A stretch of DNA of 64,000 nucleotides from Eledone cirrhosa (lineage: Eukaryota): assembly GCA_964016885.1 (NCBI GenBank), contig OZ024741.1, positions 361,150,001-361,214,000 of the forward strand, written 5' to 3'. Both the position numbers and the translations under genes were made by a program. Of this stretch, positions 13,630 through 25,870 are shown one piece after another; the stretch's first letter is position 1; every line of letters begins with the position of its first letter. A model generated the notes under the pieces. That model was not told the origin of the DNA. It saw only the letters and a program-made list of their open reading frames with translations, and did not search any database.

Positions 13630-14138
13630 ATACTTTTGGAGGGTCATGTTGCCAATAAGAAACACAGCACCAGTTGCTTTCACTTCAATTTATTATAATA
13701 AATTTATAATAAATTTATAAATTTATAAATTTCTGGTTGATTGGTTGGTTCCACAACCAGATAGTTGTTTCGTCACACACTCTGTGACCTCTTCAGTGAC
13801 TGGGGATTCCTTTCTTTGTTTCTGTGCCTCTCCTTTGTTCTGTCCTACGCCATTTTGTTTCAAAGGAGAGGCACAGAAACAAAGAAAGGAATCCCCAGTC
13901 ACTGAAGAGGTCACAGAGTGTGTGACGAAAGAACTATGACAATATATAAACAACTATCTGGTTGTGGAACCAACCAACCAACCAGAAATTTATAAATTTA
14001 TAAATTTATTATAATAAATTGAAGTGAAAGCAACTGGTGCGTGTGTTTCTTATTGGCAACATGACCCTCCCAAAGTATAACAATATCGGTTTCAACACAC
14101 GATTTCAGATAAAGAATCTTGCTAAACAAATTCAGAAA

Positions 14139-14140
<2 letters not shown>
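13623..14140. mobile_element. (TA)n-flanked fold-back element B: ~215-bp inverted arms around a 23-nt loop (13838-13860)
   Basis: Arms are near-perfect reverse complements. It shares the terminal motif atgaccctcc(c)aagtataacaatat..tttc.acacacgatttca with element A. Confidence 0.85.
13898..13940 (+). ncRNA. Minimal type-I hammerhead ribozyme motif
   Basis: gtca-CTGAAGA-g-gtcaca-gagtg-tgtgac-GAAA-gaac-TA-tgac: stem I gtca/tgac, 6-bp stem II, CUA cleavage triplet. Confidence 0.7.
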
Positions 14141-14200
<60 letters not shown>

Positions 14201-15712
14201 ATATATATATATACACACATATATATATAATGTGTGTGTATATATATCATGATTATCATCGTTTAATGTCTATTTTGCACTCTTGCATGGGTGAGATGGG
14301 TTGTCAAGTTAGGAGGCATGTGAGGTTAGGTGACTATGTCATGCTCATACAGATCTGAATTTTTGGTTTCTACAACTGGTAGCCTTTCCTAATGACAACC
14401 ATGTAACTGGGTGGACTTTTTGCTTTTTATCATGTCATCAAAATAGTCATCTAACAAAGTGGAAGGGCCGTTTTTTGTTATGACATCAGCACAAAAAACC
14501 TGACAGGGTGGACTGGGTGCATTTTTTCTCATGTCACCAACATGATTACCTTACAGGATAGACTGACGGATTTTGTTGTTGTGGCACCAGATCGCCATAC
14601 AGGGTTGACAGTGCATTTTTGTCATGGCAACAGCATTGTGGAAAATTAGAAGTAGATCATGTCTAGCTTTTATGCTTGTAAGCATGGGTTGGGCAGGAGA
14701 AGTGTATCAGGGGTAAGGAGTGAGGGTTTTCTTTTGGAGGGAGGTGGGAACTAGTAAGCAAGTTTGACATGGATAGGATGCATGGGATATTTAGCTGGTA
14801 AGTGGAGGGTATTAAGACAGGAGAGGGTGAATGGAGAGGGTAAAGAGAAGATTGGTGCAGACTAGTGTTTATTTACATGTTTGTACATAAGCGTCATATA
14901 ACCTACCTTTCATTTTGAGGGGAAATCCTTATGTGTATATATATATATATAAGTGGAGGCACATGGCCAAGTGGAAACACTTCATTTCACGTTGCTCCAG
15001 TATATTCAGCTAAAAATGAGTACCAACAATAACTGGTGGTTTAACCCTGCGATGGACTAGCGTCCTGTCCAGGGGGGAGTCTTGTACTCTCAGTTGATTC
15101 ACGGCATGAAACCAGGATAAGCACCAGCCAAAAGAGCCTTCTGGCTTAAGACAGACTTTAGACTTTATATATATATATAATATATATAGTAATAATAATA
15201 AATATGAAGACTAAAATCCAAAGAGGGCTCTATAAGGATAATATATATCAAATATATAAATACCATGGAGCAAATATTTATTAAAATAACAGATTAAACT
15301 TTAAGCAAAGAATCGCTGCTTTCACCCTAATATATGTATATATATATGAGATTTCTTAATTTAATTCCCTAATGCATATACCAGCAGGCGACCAGCATTG
15401 TTGTTATACAGTAGCAGTGAAAATCTCCCTCTTCCTTACTTGACACTTTATACCTGTATTAATACTACTACACCAAACGACCAGCCCTGTCCATTGTTCA
15501 ATTGGTCAAATATAGATTAAAATAGGCACTCCCCAAAATTCTTATTTAGATAAAATAAGCCATATACTCATTGTATTCTCATTAAAAACCCTTTATATAC
15601 TTGTTTACAAGTAAATTGAATTGCCATCTGTCATATACTATCCCCTCTCTTCTTCCTTTCTTACAACTAATATAAATACTTAAATTTTTCTGATTTTTTC
15701 CAATTTATCCAA

Positions 15713-15830
15713 TATCTCTGAAGAAGTGACAACTGATTATACATTTGCTATCGAATACTTGCTAACATTATATGATTACGCAAGCAGCGATACATAGGTA
15801 TTCTGTCTGTTACAGAAACATATGTCAATA
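15713..15830 (+). ncRNA. Hammerhead ribozyme motif with a long stem-II insert (stem I imperfect)
   Basis: tatct-CTGAAGA-a-gtgaca...tgttac-a-GAAA-catatg-TC-aata. Palindromic stem III ACATATGT, GUC triplet. Lies within a (TA)n-bounded segment at ~15340-15880. Confidence 0.6.
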
Positions 15831-16067
15831 CCTAATAAATTCCTTTATGAAAGCACTTTCATTTTATATTCATCTTTTCTATATATATATATATATATAT
15901 AAAAATAGTATTTCGCTTCAAGCATAGCTTTATACAAATATGTATAGAAATTTTGTATTTCTAAAGAAACACGCTTTTAGGAAGCCGTAGCTATGCAAAT
16001 ACAGGGGCTAATGCCCTTCTGGTGGTATCTGGCAGAAGCAAGGGATATATATATATATATATATATC

Positions 16068-16895
16068 ATCATTTTACGTCCACTTTTCCCTGCTTGCAAG
16101 GGCTGGATGGGTCCTATTCAGCACAGCATCTCTCCACTTGTCACGGTCTTTCGTCATCTCCTCGGTGAGTTTCAGTAATCTGAGGTCTGCTCTCACCACC
16201 TCCACCCATGTTTTTCGTGGTCTACCTCTACTGTGTCTTCTCTCCACTGGGACTTCCTGGAACTTCTTCACCCAGCGGTCATCCTCCATGTGCATCACAT
16301 GTCCATACCATCTCAGCCTTCTCTCCCGCACACCACAACTCATGCCTCTTATACCCAGTTTCTTTTTCAACTCGTCTATGTTTGGTCATTCACGCACATT
16401 GACATTGCACATCCAATGGAGCATACTTGCTTCATTTCTCTCCAGCCATCGCATATCTTCTGCAGTTGCTGCCCATGTCTCACTACCATGCAGCATCGCG
16501 CATCTCACACAGGCATCATATAACTGCCCTTTCGTATGCAGGGAGAAACCCTTCTTTGTCAACAGAGGAAGCAGCTCCCTAAACTTTTTCCAACAGTCCT
16601 TATTCTAGATATTATGGCCTCGACACACACCCCTCCCATGCTAATCTGATCACCTAGGTTCCGGAAGCTATCAACCACTTCTATAGAACCCACCTGCATT
16701 GGAAAAATGAGTCTATCACAGCGATTACTACTGCCAACTTTTCCTGTACATCTACTGCATACATAGTTTTCCCTACCTGTTAGTTTGCCTGGTATCCCAC
16801 TACATCTCTTGTATACCCAAGATCTGTATTGCGTACATTTTATGGAATTTATGCCAGTTCCTTTCCTACGTATCGAACATGGCCATTTCCCTGAT
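16068..16895 (-). mobile_element. RTE LINE 3' fragment (short-tail subfamily)
   Basis: ORFs 16074-16370 (ERRLRWYGHVMHMEDDRWVKK...RGRPRKTW) and 16559-16993 (KWPCSI...WVYKRCSG) match the RTE ORF at 33774-35399. Confidence 0.9.
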
Positions 16896-16979
16896 GTATA
16901 TATACATATGTATATATATGTATATATATATATACATACATATATATATATATATGTGTTATGTATGTATATATATATC

Positions 16980-18215
16980 ATCATCATCATCATCGTTTAA
17001 CGTCCATATTCCACGCTTGCATGGGTTTGGACGGGAGTTTTCCCACTTGAGGCAAGAGTGGTTGTCTTGCTCGCATAGGACTGTCTGGCAGGTTTTCTAC
17101 AGTTGGATGCCCTTCCTAACACCAACCACATTTACAGTGTGGGACTGGGAGGTTTTTACCATGTTACCTACACGGCCACATTACAGCGTGGACTGTGTGT
17201 TTTTTTTGTCATGACACCTACACGACCTCATTTGTTTCGGCCTGGATGTTGTGGCACCAACATAACTTTACATTGAAAGGGGCGGTGTGGTGGGGTGGGG
17301 GTGGTGGGACGAGGGTGTATTTTGTTAGAGGTGCCTACTTACTGTAGTAGGTTTTACTTTGTATTTAGGTAAGGCGGGTCTTCTCTATTACTGAGTACCG
17401 CCAAAGATCTCGGTCCAGTGACATTGTCTTGGAGAGGTGTAAGTGTATGAGGTCGGAATTTATCAAGTCGTCCCAGGTTTTTCTGGGTCTGCCTACTCCG
17501 TGGCTACCGTCTATCTTTATTGCCCTGCACTTTTTTTATACAGCTGTCGTCTTTCATGTGCATCACGTGACCATACCAACGTAGCCTTCTCTCGAGTAAA
17601 CAACATCTGATCCCTCTTATTTCTAATTTTTCCCTTAGTTCGTTAATGCTCTGCCATTCGCGTATATTACTATTACACATCCAGCGGAGCATGCAAGCTT
17701 CGTTCCTCTCTAGTCTGCGTATATCCTCTGCACACAATACCCATGTCTCACTGCCATGTAATATAGCTGTTCGTATGCAGGCATCATACAACCTGCCTTT
17801 CATTTTTAGGGAGAACCCTTTAGCAGCTAATAGTGGTATAAGCTCTCTGAACTTTTTCCATCCAGTTCTGACTCTAGCTACTGTACTTTCAGAGCACCCT
17901 CCCCCACTGCTGATTTTGTCACCCAGGTAACGGAAGCTGTCCACTATTTCTATAGAACCATCTGTGCAATGGAATGAGCTAGTATTCTGTGGGCACTTGC
18001 TGCTACTTATTGCACCAGAGCACCGGCCACATGTAAAATCTATGTTTAGTTAGCTTACCTGTGATCCCACTACATCTTTTATGCACCCATACTTTGCATT
18101 TGGGACATAAAATGGAGTTTCTACCTACGCCTTTCCTACACACTGAGCATGGCCATTTCCTGGAAGGGACTGGCGCCTTATTTTCTTTCCTACAAACTAG
18201 AACTTTATATATACA
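16980..18215 (-). mobile_element. RTE LINE 3' fragment with long 3' UTR and (GAT)n tail
   Basis: ORFs 17504-17944 and 18003-18251 are homologous to 33774-35399. The 3' part is near-identical to 42128-42810. Confidence 0.9.
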
Positions 18216-19294
18216 GGAAGAAGGGAAATAGAGAGAGAGAGAGACCTCCATCTCTCTCTCTCTCTATCTCTATTTCCCCTCTTAGGATAGAGAGGGATAA
18301 ATTATTATATTATATATGTGTATATATTATACATATTTAACAGAGCAAACACTGACCCCACACAATTAAATCTCTCAAAGGAGATAATGCATTACTGAGT
18401 TCTCTGGTGGTACGCCATATTGCAGAAGACCCTCCTTGTCATGCTTACAGGATAAAACAAAAATGGAGAGAACTGTCTGCCCAACTTAACACTTACCCAT
18501 CCCCACTTCATTATCTAAGTGCCCCACCTTAGCCCCTTTATTACCAACCCAGCTAAAACTGGCTCTGGTTCTGTGAAATAAAGCCACCCATTTTAAAGGT
18601 TTCCAAATTAAATTATAATCTTCCATCATAATTTTATATAAGAACATTACATTAAGTTACTATCTTAATAATGATATAATTAATAATTTTAGTAAAACCC
18701 TCAATATTCTTCATTCATTAATTGAAATAAAGTGTATTTTATAAGAAATGCAGTCCTGAAAAAGTTAGATATCCTCCACTCACTTCTTCCATCCCCACCC
18801 CATCTTGTGCATTCAAGAACAGCTCCTGTCATCATGGAAAGAAAGCCCTTTCCCTCCTCTAATCCGACTCCTTCTCCTTCTAGCATGGAAAGGTAGCCCC
18901 CCCCCCCCCCCCCCAACACACACACATCACTCCCACTTTCATTTCCCCTCCTAGTCCAGTCCAACCCATATCAGTATATAAAGATCCCCTCCCCAAATGC
19001 CAACATAGAAAGCCAGACAGGACATTTGGCTAGAGAGGCTAATCCAAAACAAAAATGGACTTTTGTTTGGCTTAGTCTCTGAGCATGACAGCTCAATCTA
19101 GCCCATGTGTACATGGAGAAAGTAGATGTCTAATGACTATATCAATATTAAAAAAAACACCCTGTCCATCCTGTACGGTAGTAGTGGTAGGACCACAAAA
19201 AGGAAAAAGCCCCCAATCCACCTTATAAGTGATCGTGTTGATGCCATGACAAAATATACCCAGTCCACCCTGTAAGTTGGTTGTCTTGGTACAC

Positions 19295-19890
19295 AAGAAG
19301 TGTTGTGGGATAGTAGGATAGTAGGCAGACTAAGAGAAAAGGTAAATTTTGCATGTGGCAGATGCACAGGGATATTTAGTAGTAAGACCATCAGTAAAAG
19401 AAACATTTTCCAATCCCAGGAAGACTCCATCGATGTAGTTGATAGCTTCTGCTACCTAAGTGATAAAATTAGTGGTGGAGGAGGTTGCACTGAGAGCATA
19501 ATAGGATTGAAAAAGTTTCAGAGAGCTGCTACCTCTGTCGACATCAAAAGAGAAATGAAGCAAGTATGCTTTGATGGAGTGCTATTTTAATATACATGAA
19601 GGGCAAAGTGAAGATGAGTTGAGAATGAGGCTACATGTAAGATGAACCAGATATAGTGAGCAGGGGAGAAGGCTGCAGTAGTATGGACATGTGATGTATA
19701 TGGATGATGATCGTTGGGTGAAGAAGTGCCAAGAACTAAAGAAGATCTGGGCAGAGGTTGTCAGAGCAGATCTTAAATCACTGAATCTTACTGAGATAAA
19801 GAACCGAGATGAATGGTGTGCTAGAAAGAACCCATTCAACCTGTGCAAGCATGGGAAAATAGATTTAAAACACTAATGATGATGATATAC
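19295..19890 (+). mobile_element. Degenerate RTE LINE fragment
   Basis: VVDSFCYLSDKISGGGGCTES and MDDDRWVKKCQ...WAEVVRADL motifs. Confidence 0.8.
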
Positions 19891-20159
19891 ACACACACAT
19901 ATATATTGATTTTTTTTAGTTAATTCTATTGACTAATTAATAGCTCTTGTTAATTTTTAAAACTATTCTGTTGAGAGCTTAATTCGTTTTGTGATATTTT
20001 GTAATTTTGCAATAACACACATACTGAATTCATCCGCCAAGACTAGGGGTTGTCTCCCTTATCACACCCCACGTGGGTTTTGATAACGGTCAGTCCTTAG
20101 CTTTGCATAGAACTAAATGCCTTGTTTGATCATCATACCAAAAGCTTAACATTATTTGT

Positions 20160-20340
20160 TTGGCAGTATCGGTAGAGAGTCGGACGCCATGCTTTCCAGT
20201 ATAGTTACGTCCCTTTACGATCTGAGTTCAAATCCCGCCGAGGTTGACTTTGCCTTTCATCCTTACGGGGTCGATAAAATAAAGTACCAGTAATGCACTG
20301 GATAATTGCTGGCCATGTGCCTAAAGTAGAAACAATTATT
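20160..20340 (+). mobile_element. tRNA-derived SINE (family with core gcctttcatccttacggggtcgataaaataaagtaccag)
   Basis: A-box tggcagtatcggtagag and B-box gagttcaaatccc. Further copies at 36328-36510 (-), 51190-52070 (cluster), 57790-57897 (-) and 61269-61442 (+). Confidence 0.85.
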
Positions 20341-20844
20341 TGTTTAAGCAGACAGTACCTGATTTAGGAGTTGCAGAAACCCCATATTGGATCTTACCAC
20401 CGTTTCCAGGGGTCCGGGTATAATTTTCAATCATATTTTATTATTTGTTTGACCCGAATAGCTTGGTCGTTTCTATGGCTCTGTGGATAATGGTATAACC
20501 ATCGTCTCAGTGTGTTTGGCCTTTTAACTTACATTGTTGCTCTAGTTCACTAGTTTCTATGGAGCGCTTGCCACACATCTCGGAAGTTGTTTTTCGCTAA
20601 TTTCCAATAGCCGAAATTCGGTTCTCGCTAATTTATATTTGTATTAATCTCCAGAGTCTACCTATCAACCAGTTAATTTTTTTGATTTATTTAGTTAATT
20701 TTATTAACTGATTAATAGCTCTTGTTAATTTTTAAAACTATTCTGTTGAGAGCTTAATTCGTTTTGTGATATTTTGCAATTTTGCAATAACACACATACT
20801 GAATTCATCCACCAAGAAGCCGAAATACGATTCTCGCTAATTTA

Positions 20845-20879
<35 letters not shown>

Positions 20880-21201
20880 ACATGTGTGTATATATATATA
20901 TATAAATATATATTTATATATTATATGTCAGGCTGCTTATGAGTACTACTGGTCTCATGGTCAGATTGTTGGCAAATAAACTGGCAACCCCATCAAGCTT
21001 GCTTGTTGAGGAGGGTGATTTTTGGACACCCTATAGTATAAAAAATAAAATCCATCAAAGGGTGGAGAAACTCTTGAGAGTCAACAACCATCCAGTACCT
21101 GAGGTGTGTTGTTCACTGGGTTTGTGATAAACTTTTGCACCAATCCTTTGTTATCAACATTTCCAAAAAGTGTGGCTGGTCCAACATAAGCATTCATCAC
21201 A

Positions 21202-21430
21202 TTGACCTTTTAGCATTTAAACTGGCCATATCCGACCAGAATTCTCTCACCTCTTTCTGTTCAAACTGGCTGTAACTGGCTGTAACTGGCTGCTCATACA
21301 GACGTTATGGTATTTTTCTCAAGAAAGATAACATAAAAATCTCATAGATGTGAGATAGTTACGTAAGATAAAGCGTTTACCAGACAAATACAATAGTATA
21401 TATAGAGTAATGTAAATGCTAAAGGGTTAA
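21202..21430 (-). mobile_element. piggyBac-type MITE copy
   Basis: Same TIRs and internal sequence as 7294-7521. Confidence 0.8.
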
Positions 21431-23029
21431 ACAATAAATTTGTGTGGGTAGCTCAACAGCACCAAGCTGGGTTCTTTCGTGTACTGTATAGTGTAATTAC
21501 TCAGATGTTTGTAGTTTCCACCAGTGACAGCAGGTGCCAACACTAGGTGGCTAAGTTCATTGCAGTTTACATGAGCCTACCATTGATCTCTGATGTAAAG
21601 TGGTTGGATGATAGGAAGGACATCCAGCCATAGAAAGCTTGCCAAATAAAGGGTTGAGAAGACCCTCCAGTTGTGTCAAATACATGACAACCTCTCTAGG
21701 GCTGATTCCACGTTTAAATGCACTTGGTAGAATGTGGTACCGAATGTAAGTGAGGTGCAGACCTCCGACCTGTCTATGAGGTGCAGTAGCTCTGTTTCAT
21801 TACTGATTCGGTCTGTGACGGTCCATCCAACCCTTGCTAGCAGGGAAAACAAATGTTAAATGATGATAGTGATGATGATGATATATATATATATATATAT
21901 GTATGTACAGGATGTGCTTTTTGAAGATTTACCTTTACACCCTTGAATAACATGCACATTCCTTTTGGTTTAGTTGAAACAAGTGTAAAGAAATAGATTA
22001 ATAACTAACTAACGTCGTTCTCTTATTCTTTCATTGTTCAACATTATGTATATATGTGTATGTGTGTGTGTTTGTGTGTGTATATACGTGTATGTGTGTG
22101 TATGTGTGTGTGTATGTATATAAATATGTATGTATATGTGTGTGTGTGTATGTATATATGTGTGTATGTATGTATGTATGTCAACAGCCATCCAATAAAG
22201 ACTTTTTCTTTTTTGTCGAGCGAGAGACTCCTAGTCTTCATTAAGACATCTCTCTAGGAGAAGGTCACTCTGATATAAAACCTGCAATTTCGATTGCATC
22301 CAATGATGTAGACCAGTTCTACTTTTTGGGTAAATGCATTTGATGTTCAGCAAGTGGTACTGGCCTCATGCAAAGCCTTTCCTCACTTAAAAAAGCTTTA
22401 AGCACAGACACCGCTTGATATGACATTTTCTGTGATGCATAGCATTGCTGGCTATAGGCAAGTCCCTAGCAAGACTACAAAGTCACATCCATGATACTCA
22501 TACTTAAGTATCAAGTGATAGCGTTACTTGAAATTGAGTTGCAGCCGTATATGTGTATGTATATATGAGTGTGTGTGTGTGGGGTGGTGGGGTGGGGGTG
22601 GGGGATGGGGCTATAAGAGCAAAGCACATCAATTGAAAAAATTAAATTTATAATCATTAAAAGTTGTTTTCTGTATTAAAAATATTTATATGAGTTAAAT
22701 GTCACAATATAAAGAGATACTTGAGCCAATTTATAATTAGAATATTCTAGACTATTATGTTATACATGGAAGAATTCTTTCAGCCATTGTTGACAACCAA
22801 GTTGATCTTAATGTCTGCTGAAACTCTTGTTTTAAGCTTATCATCTGACAGCTGTCACCATATGGCTTGTAACTGTCTTTTAGAGACAGAAATAAACATG
22901 AAATGTTAAAACTCTTTGACTTATTGACTTATAATTAGATTTGGTAATATAATCATCAGCATCATCATCATCAACATCATCAATACCACCATCACCACCA
23001 CCACCACCACCACCATCATCATCATCCTT

Positions 23030-23585
23030 TTACATCCCTTTTTACATGCCTGCATGGTTGGAAGAGTATTTTCCAGCACAGCTTCCTTCTACCTACAGCA
23101 TTCATTTGTCATGTCAAGGCTCAGTGTTTTGAGATTTGCTTGTATCGACCTGTCCAAGTCTTCCTTGGCCTTCCCCTACAGCAGTTTCCTTCTACTGGGA
23201 ATATCTGGCACATTTTCACCCAACAATCATCATCCATATGCATCACACTTCAGTCTTCTCCATTGCACACTACATTTAATTTCCTTATACTCAGTTTTTC
23301 TCTCAGCCCATACATGCTTTATCGTTCATTCACATTCATCGTAGCATGCTCATTTCATCTTTCTCAAGCTTCTGTATACCCTTTGCATTTATTGTTCATG
23401 TTTCACTTTCATGCAACATTACACTTCAATGAAAAACATCACACAACCAGCCTTTCATTCATAGTTAGAAACCTTTCGTTGTCAACAGAGGCAGTAGTTC
23501 TCTGAACCTTTCACTGCCTATTCTTATTTTAACTACTGTACTTTCAGAGCAACTTGCTCCACTGCTAATTTGATCACCTAGGAAA
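23030..23585 (-). mobile_element. Highly degenerate RTE LINE 3' fragment
   Basis: Collinear similarity to 16068-16660 (e.g. gtcaacagaggcagtagttctctgaac, ctaatttgatcacctagg). Confidence 0.7.
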
Positions 23586-23974
23586 TTTATTGACCATGAA
23601 AGGATTGAAGGCAAAGCAGACCTTCCAGGGATCTGAACTCAGATCACAGAGATGCCCAATGCTGTAATGACTCTGCCAACCTGACTGCCAAATATATATA
23701 TATATAGTGTGACCGAAAAGTCACTGGACCATTTTAAATTATGATAACATTTTTTACAATTAATATTTAATAAATAAAAGGGTTACTATATTTTGAAATG
23801 GTCAGTTTGAACTCAATGTAGAGTAATCTTATATAAATTATCATTATAATAAAATACCTGATCATGTGAAACCCACTAGATGATCCTCAATCATCACAGA
23901 AATGGAAATGTCTGTATATGCTAGACCAAAACAAACAAATTTAGGCCTCTCTCTTCTGGTTCATGAGCATGCTA

Positions 23975-24565
23975 TTGGTCATGTAGATGTCTCGACAAAA
24001 AGCACCCAGTCCACACTGTAAAGTGGTCGTGTAGATGTCTCGACAAAAAGCACCCAGTCCACACTGTAAAGTGGTCGTGTAGATGTTTCGACAAAAAGCA
24101 CCCAGTCCACACTGTAAAGTGGTCATATAGATATCACAACAAAAAGCACCCAGTACTCATTGTAAAGTGGTCATATAGATGTCACAACAAAAAGCACCCA
24201 GTACTCACTGTAAAGTGGTCATATAGATGTCACAACAAAATGCACCCAGTCCACACTGTAAAGTGGTCATGTAGATGTCACAACAAAAAGCACCCAGTCC
24301 ACACTGTAAAGTGGCCATATAGATGTCACAACAAAAAGCACTCAATCCACACTGTAAAGTGGTCCTTGCAGGTGTCATGACAAAAAGCACCCAGTACACA
24401 CTGTAAATGAGGTTGGCGTTAGGAAGGGCAGCCAGCTGTAGAAACCAAACCAAAATCAGTTGTGTATGAGCCAAGACATGCCCACAACAGGACAACTCCT
24501 CTAACCCATGCTAGCATGGAAAAATGGATATAAAACGGTGATGATGATGATGATGATGATAATGA
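23975..24565 (+). repeat. 48-bp minisatellite (~9 units) expanded inside an RTE 3'-UTR/SINE tail
   Basis: Unit agcacccagtccacactgtaaagtggtcgtgtagatgtcacgacaaaa recurs at 24001, 24049, 24097 and onward, followed by the ggaagggca...aacccatgctagcatgg...(GAT)n tail. Confidence 0.9.
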
Positions 24566-25651
24566 TCAAGTGTTGCAATTTTTCTATCAACTACATTTTC
24601 TGTCTAGGAACCAAATCTATTTTATATCATATGCTACTCCTTTTTTTTAAAGGAAAGACAAGTTTATATAAAAAATGAACTCTCAACATTTGACTTTGTG
24701 AGCTTCAGTATGACTGACTTTTGGCTAAACAACTTCATCATTGTGCAATAATTCATGCCCACAATATTATCGTTATTTACAGAGTATACATATACATTCT
24801 TCCAACCTTTATTTATAAAATTTTGAACTTATTCCAAATTATTCATTTTGTGAGTAATACATCATTTTACAAGTTGAGATGTACTCTGTTGTGTTTTTGC
24901 TGCCACATATGCACACACACACACATATATATAATTTTTCTTTATATATATATATATTTATTTATTAATATAACAGATTAAAGTTTAAGCAAAGAATCGC
25001 TGCTTTCACCCTTAACGGGATCTTCTGAAACTAACAAAGTCAATCTGTAAACGCAGAACTGGATATTTCAAAAAACGTTGCAACCGGAGGAAGACAGGAA
25101 GACGATACTTTGGTTCATGGTGACGTTCGCTGGCAAAGAACAGGAAAAAACGAATAATACGTCATTAATAGCAGCGGTGAAAAACAATTACGCGCAAAGA
25201 CAGAACCACGTTTATGGTATAAAAGAGGTCGTAGACTAATGTTCTCTAAGGGGTGCATAGAGACGTTCTCTGGCAATGAACGAAAAAACGAAGATAATAA
25301 GTCATATGTGGAGCGTGGAGAACAATAGCACGCAAAGACAAAACCACGTAAATGGTATAGCGGAAGTTGTAGACTAAAATTCTAACTAGGAGACCGAATG
25401 AATCTCCACTACAGAGTTAAGAACAAAGTAAATAAATACAATACAGAAGTAATAGAAACAAATAAATACATACACACAAACAGATACGTACATACACAAG
25501 CATACGCAAAACCTTACCATAGGTATACAAAACCACGCACATATAAATATGTGTAAATAATTATATAAACGTATATAAGTAAATAAATACGTATATAACA
25601 AGCGCACACACATACCTACAAATAAATACACGAAAGTCGCAAGCAGTGGGA

Positions 25652-25704
25652 GGGACCGTCCTGACGATGGCCAGTTAAGCCTGAAATGCATGGACGGTTG
25701 TCCC
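25652..25704 (+). ncRNA. Minimal hammerhead ribozyme motif with non-canonical N17=G
   Basis: accgtc-CTGACGA-t-ggc-cagttaa-gcc-t-GAAA-tgca-T-G-gacggt. 6-bp stem I, palindromic stem III ATGCAT. Confidence 0.65.
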
Positions 25705-25870
25705 CCCCCCCCCCTGCTTCTGCTGGACATCACCAGAGGGCGTTAGCCCCCCCCAGTGTTTGCATAGCTATGGCTTCCTAAAACCGTATTTCTTTGGAGA
25801 TTCGAAATATTTATACATATTGTATAAAGCTATGCTTGAAGCGAAATCCTATTTCTTTTATATATATATA

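Noticed and set aside
13623-14085. Fold-back elements interpreted as Tc1/mariner MITEs or miRNA precursors
   Set aside because: The arms are asymmetric with one-sided tails, lack CAG-type TIR ends and contain hammerhead cores. They are far longer and more perfect than pre-miRNAs. A MITE origin is not fully excluded without a genome search.
20160-20240. A-box and B-box motifs as possible tRNA genes
   Set aside because: No cloverleaf is apparent, and they are heads of multi-copy SINEs.
20445-20512. Minus-strand ctgagacga...gaaacga...gggtc as a hammerhead
   Set aside because: Core spacing is wrong and no stem I pairing was found.
23975-24410. Regular 48-bp array (and the 58-bp array at 47687) as a possible CRISPR array
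   Set aside because: The units are contiguous tandem copies without unique spacers, there are no cas genes, and the context is eukaryotic.
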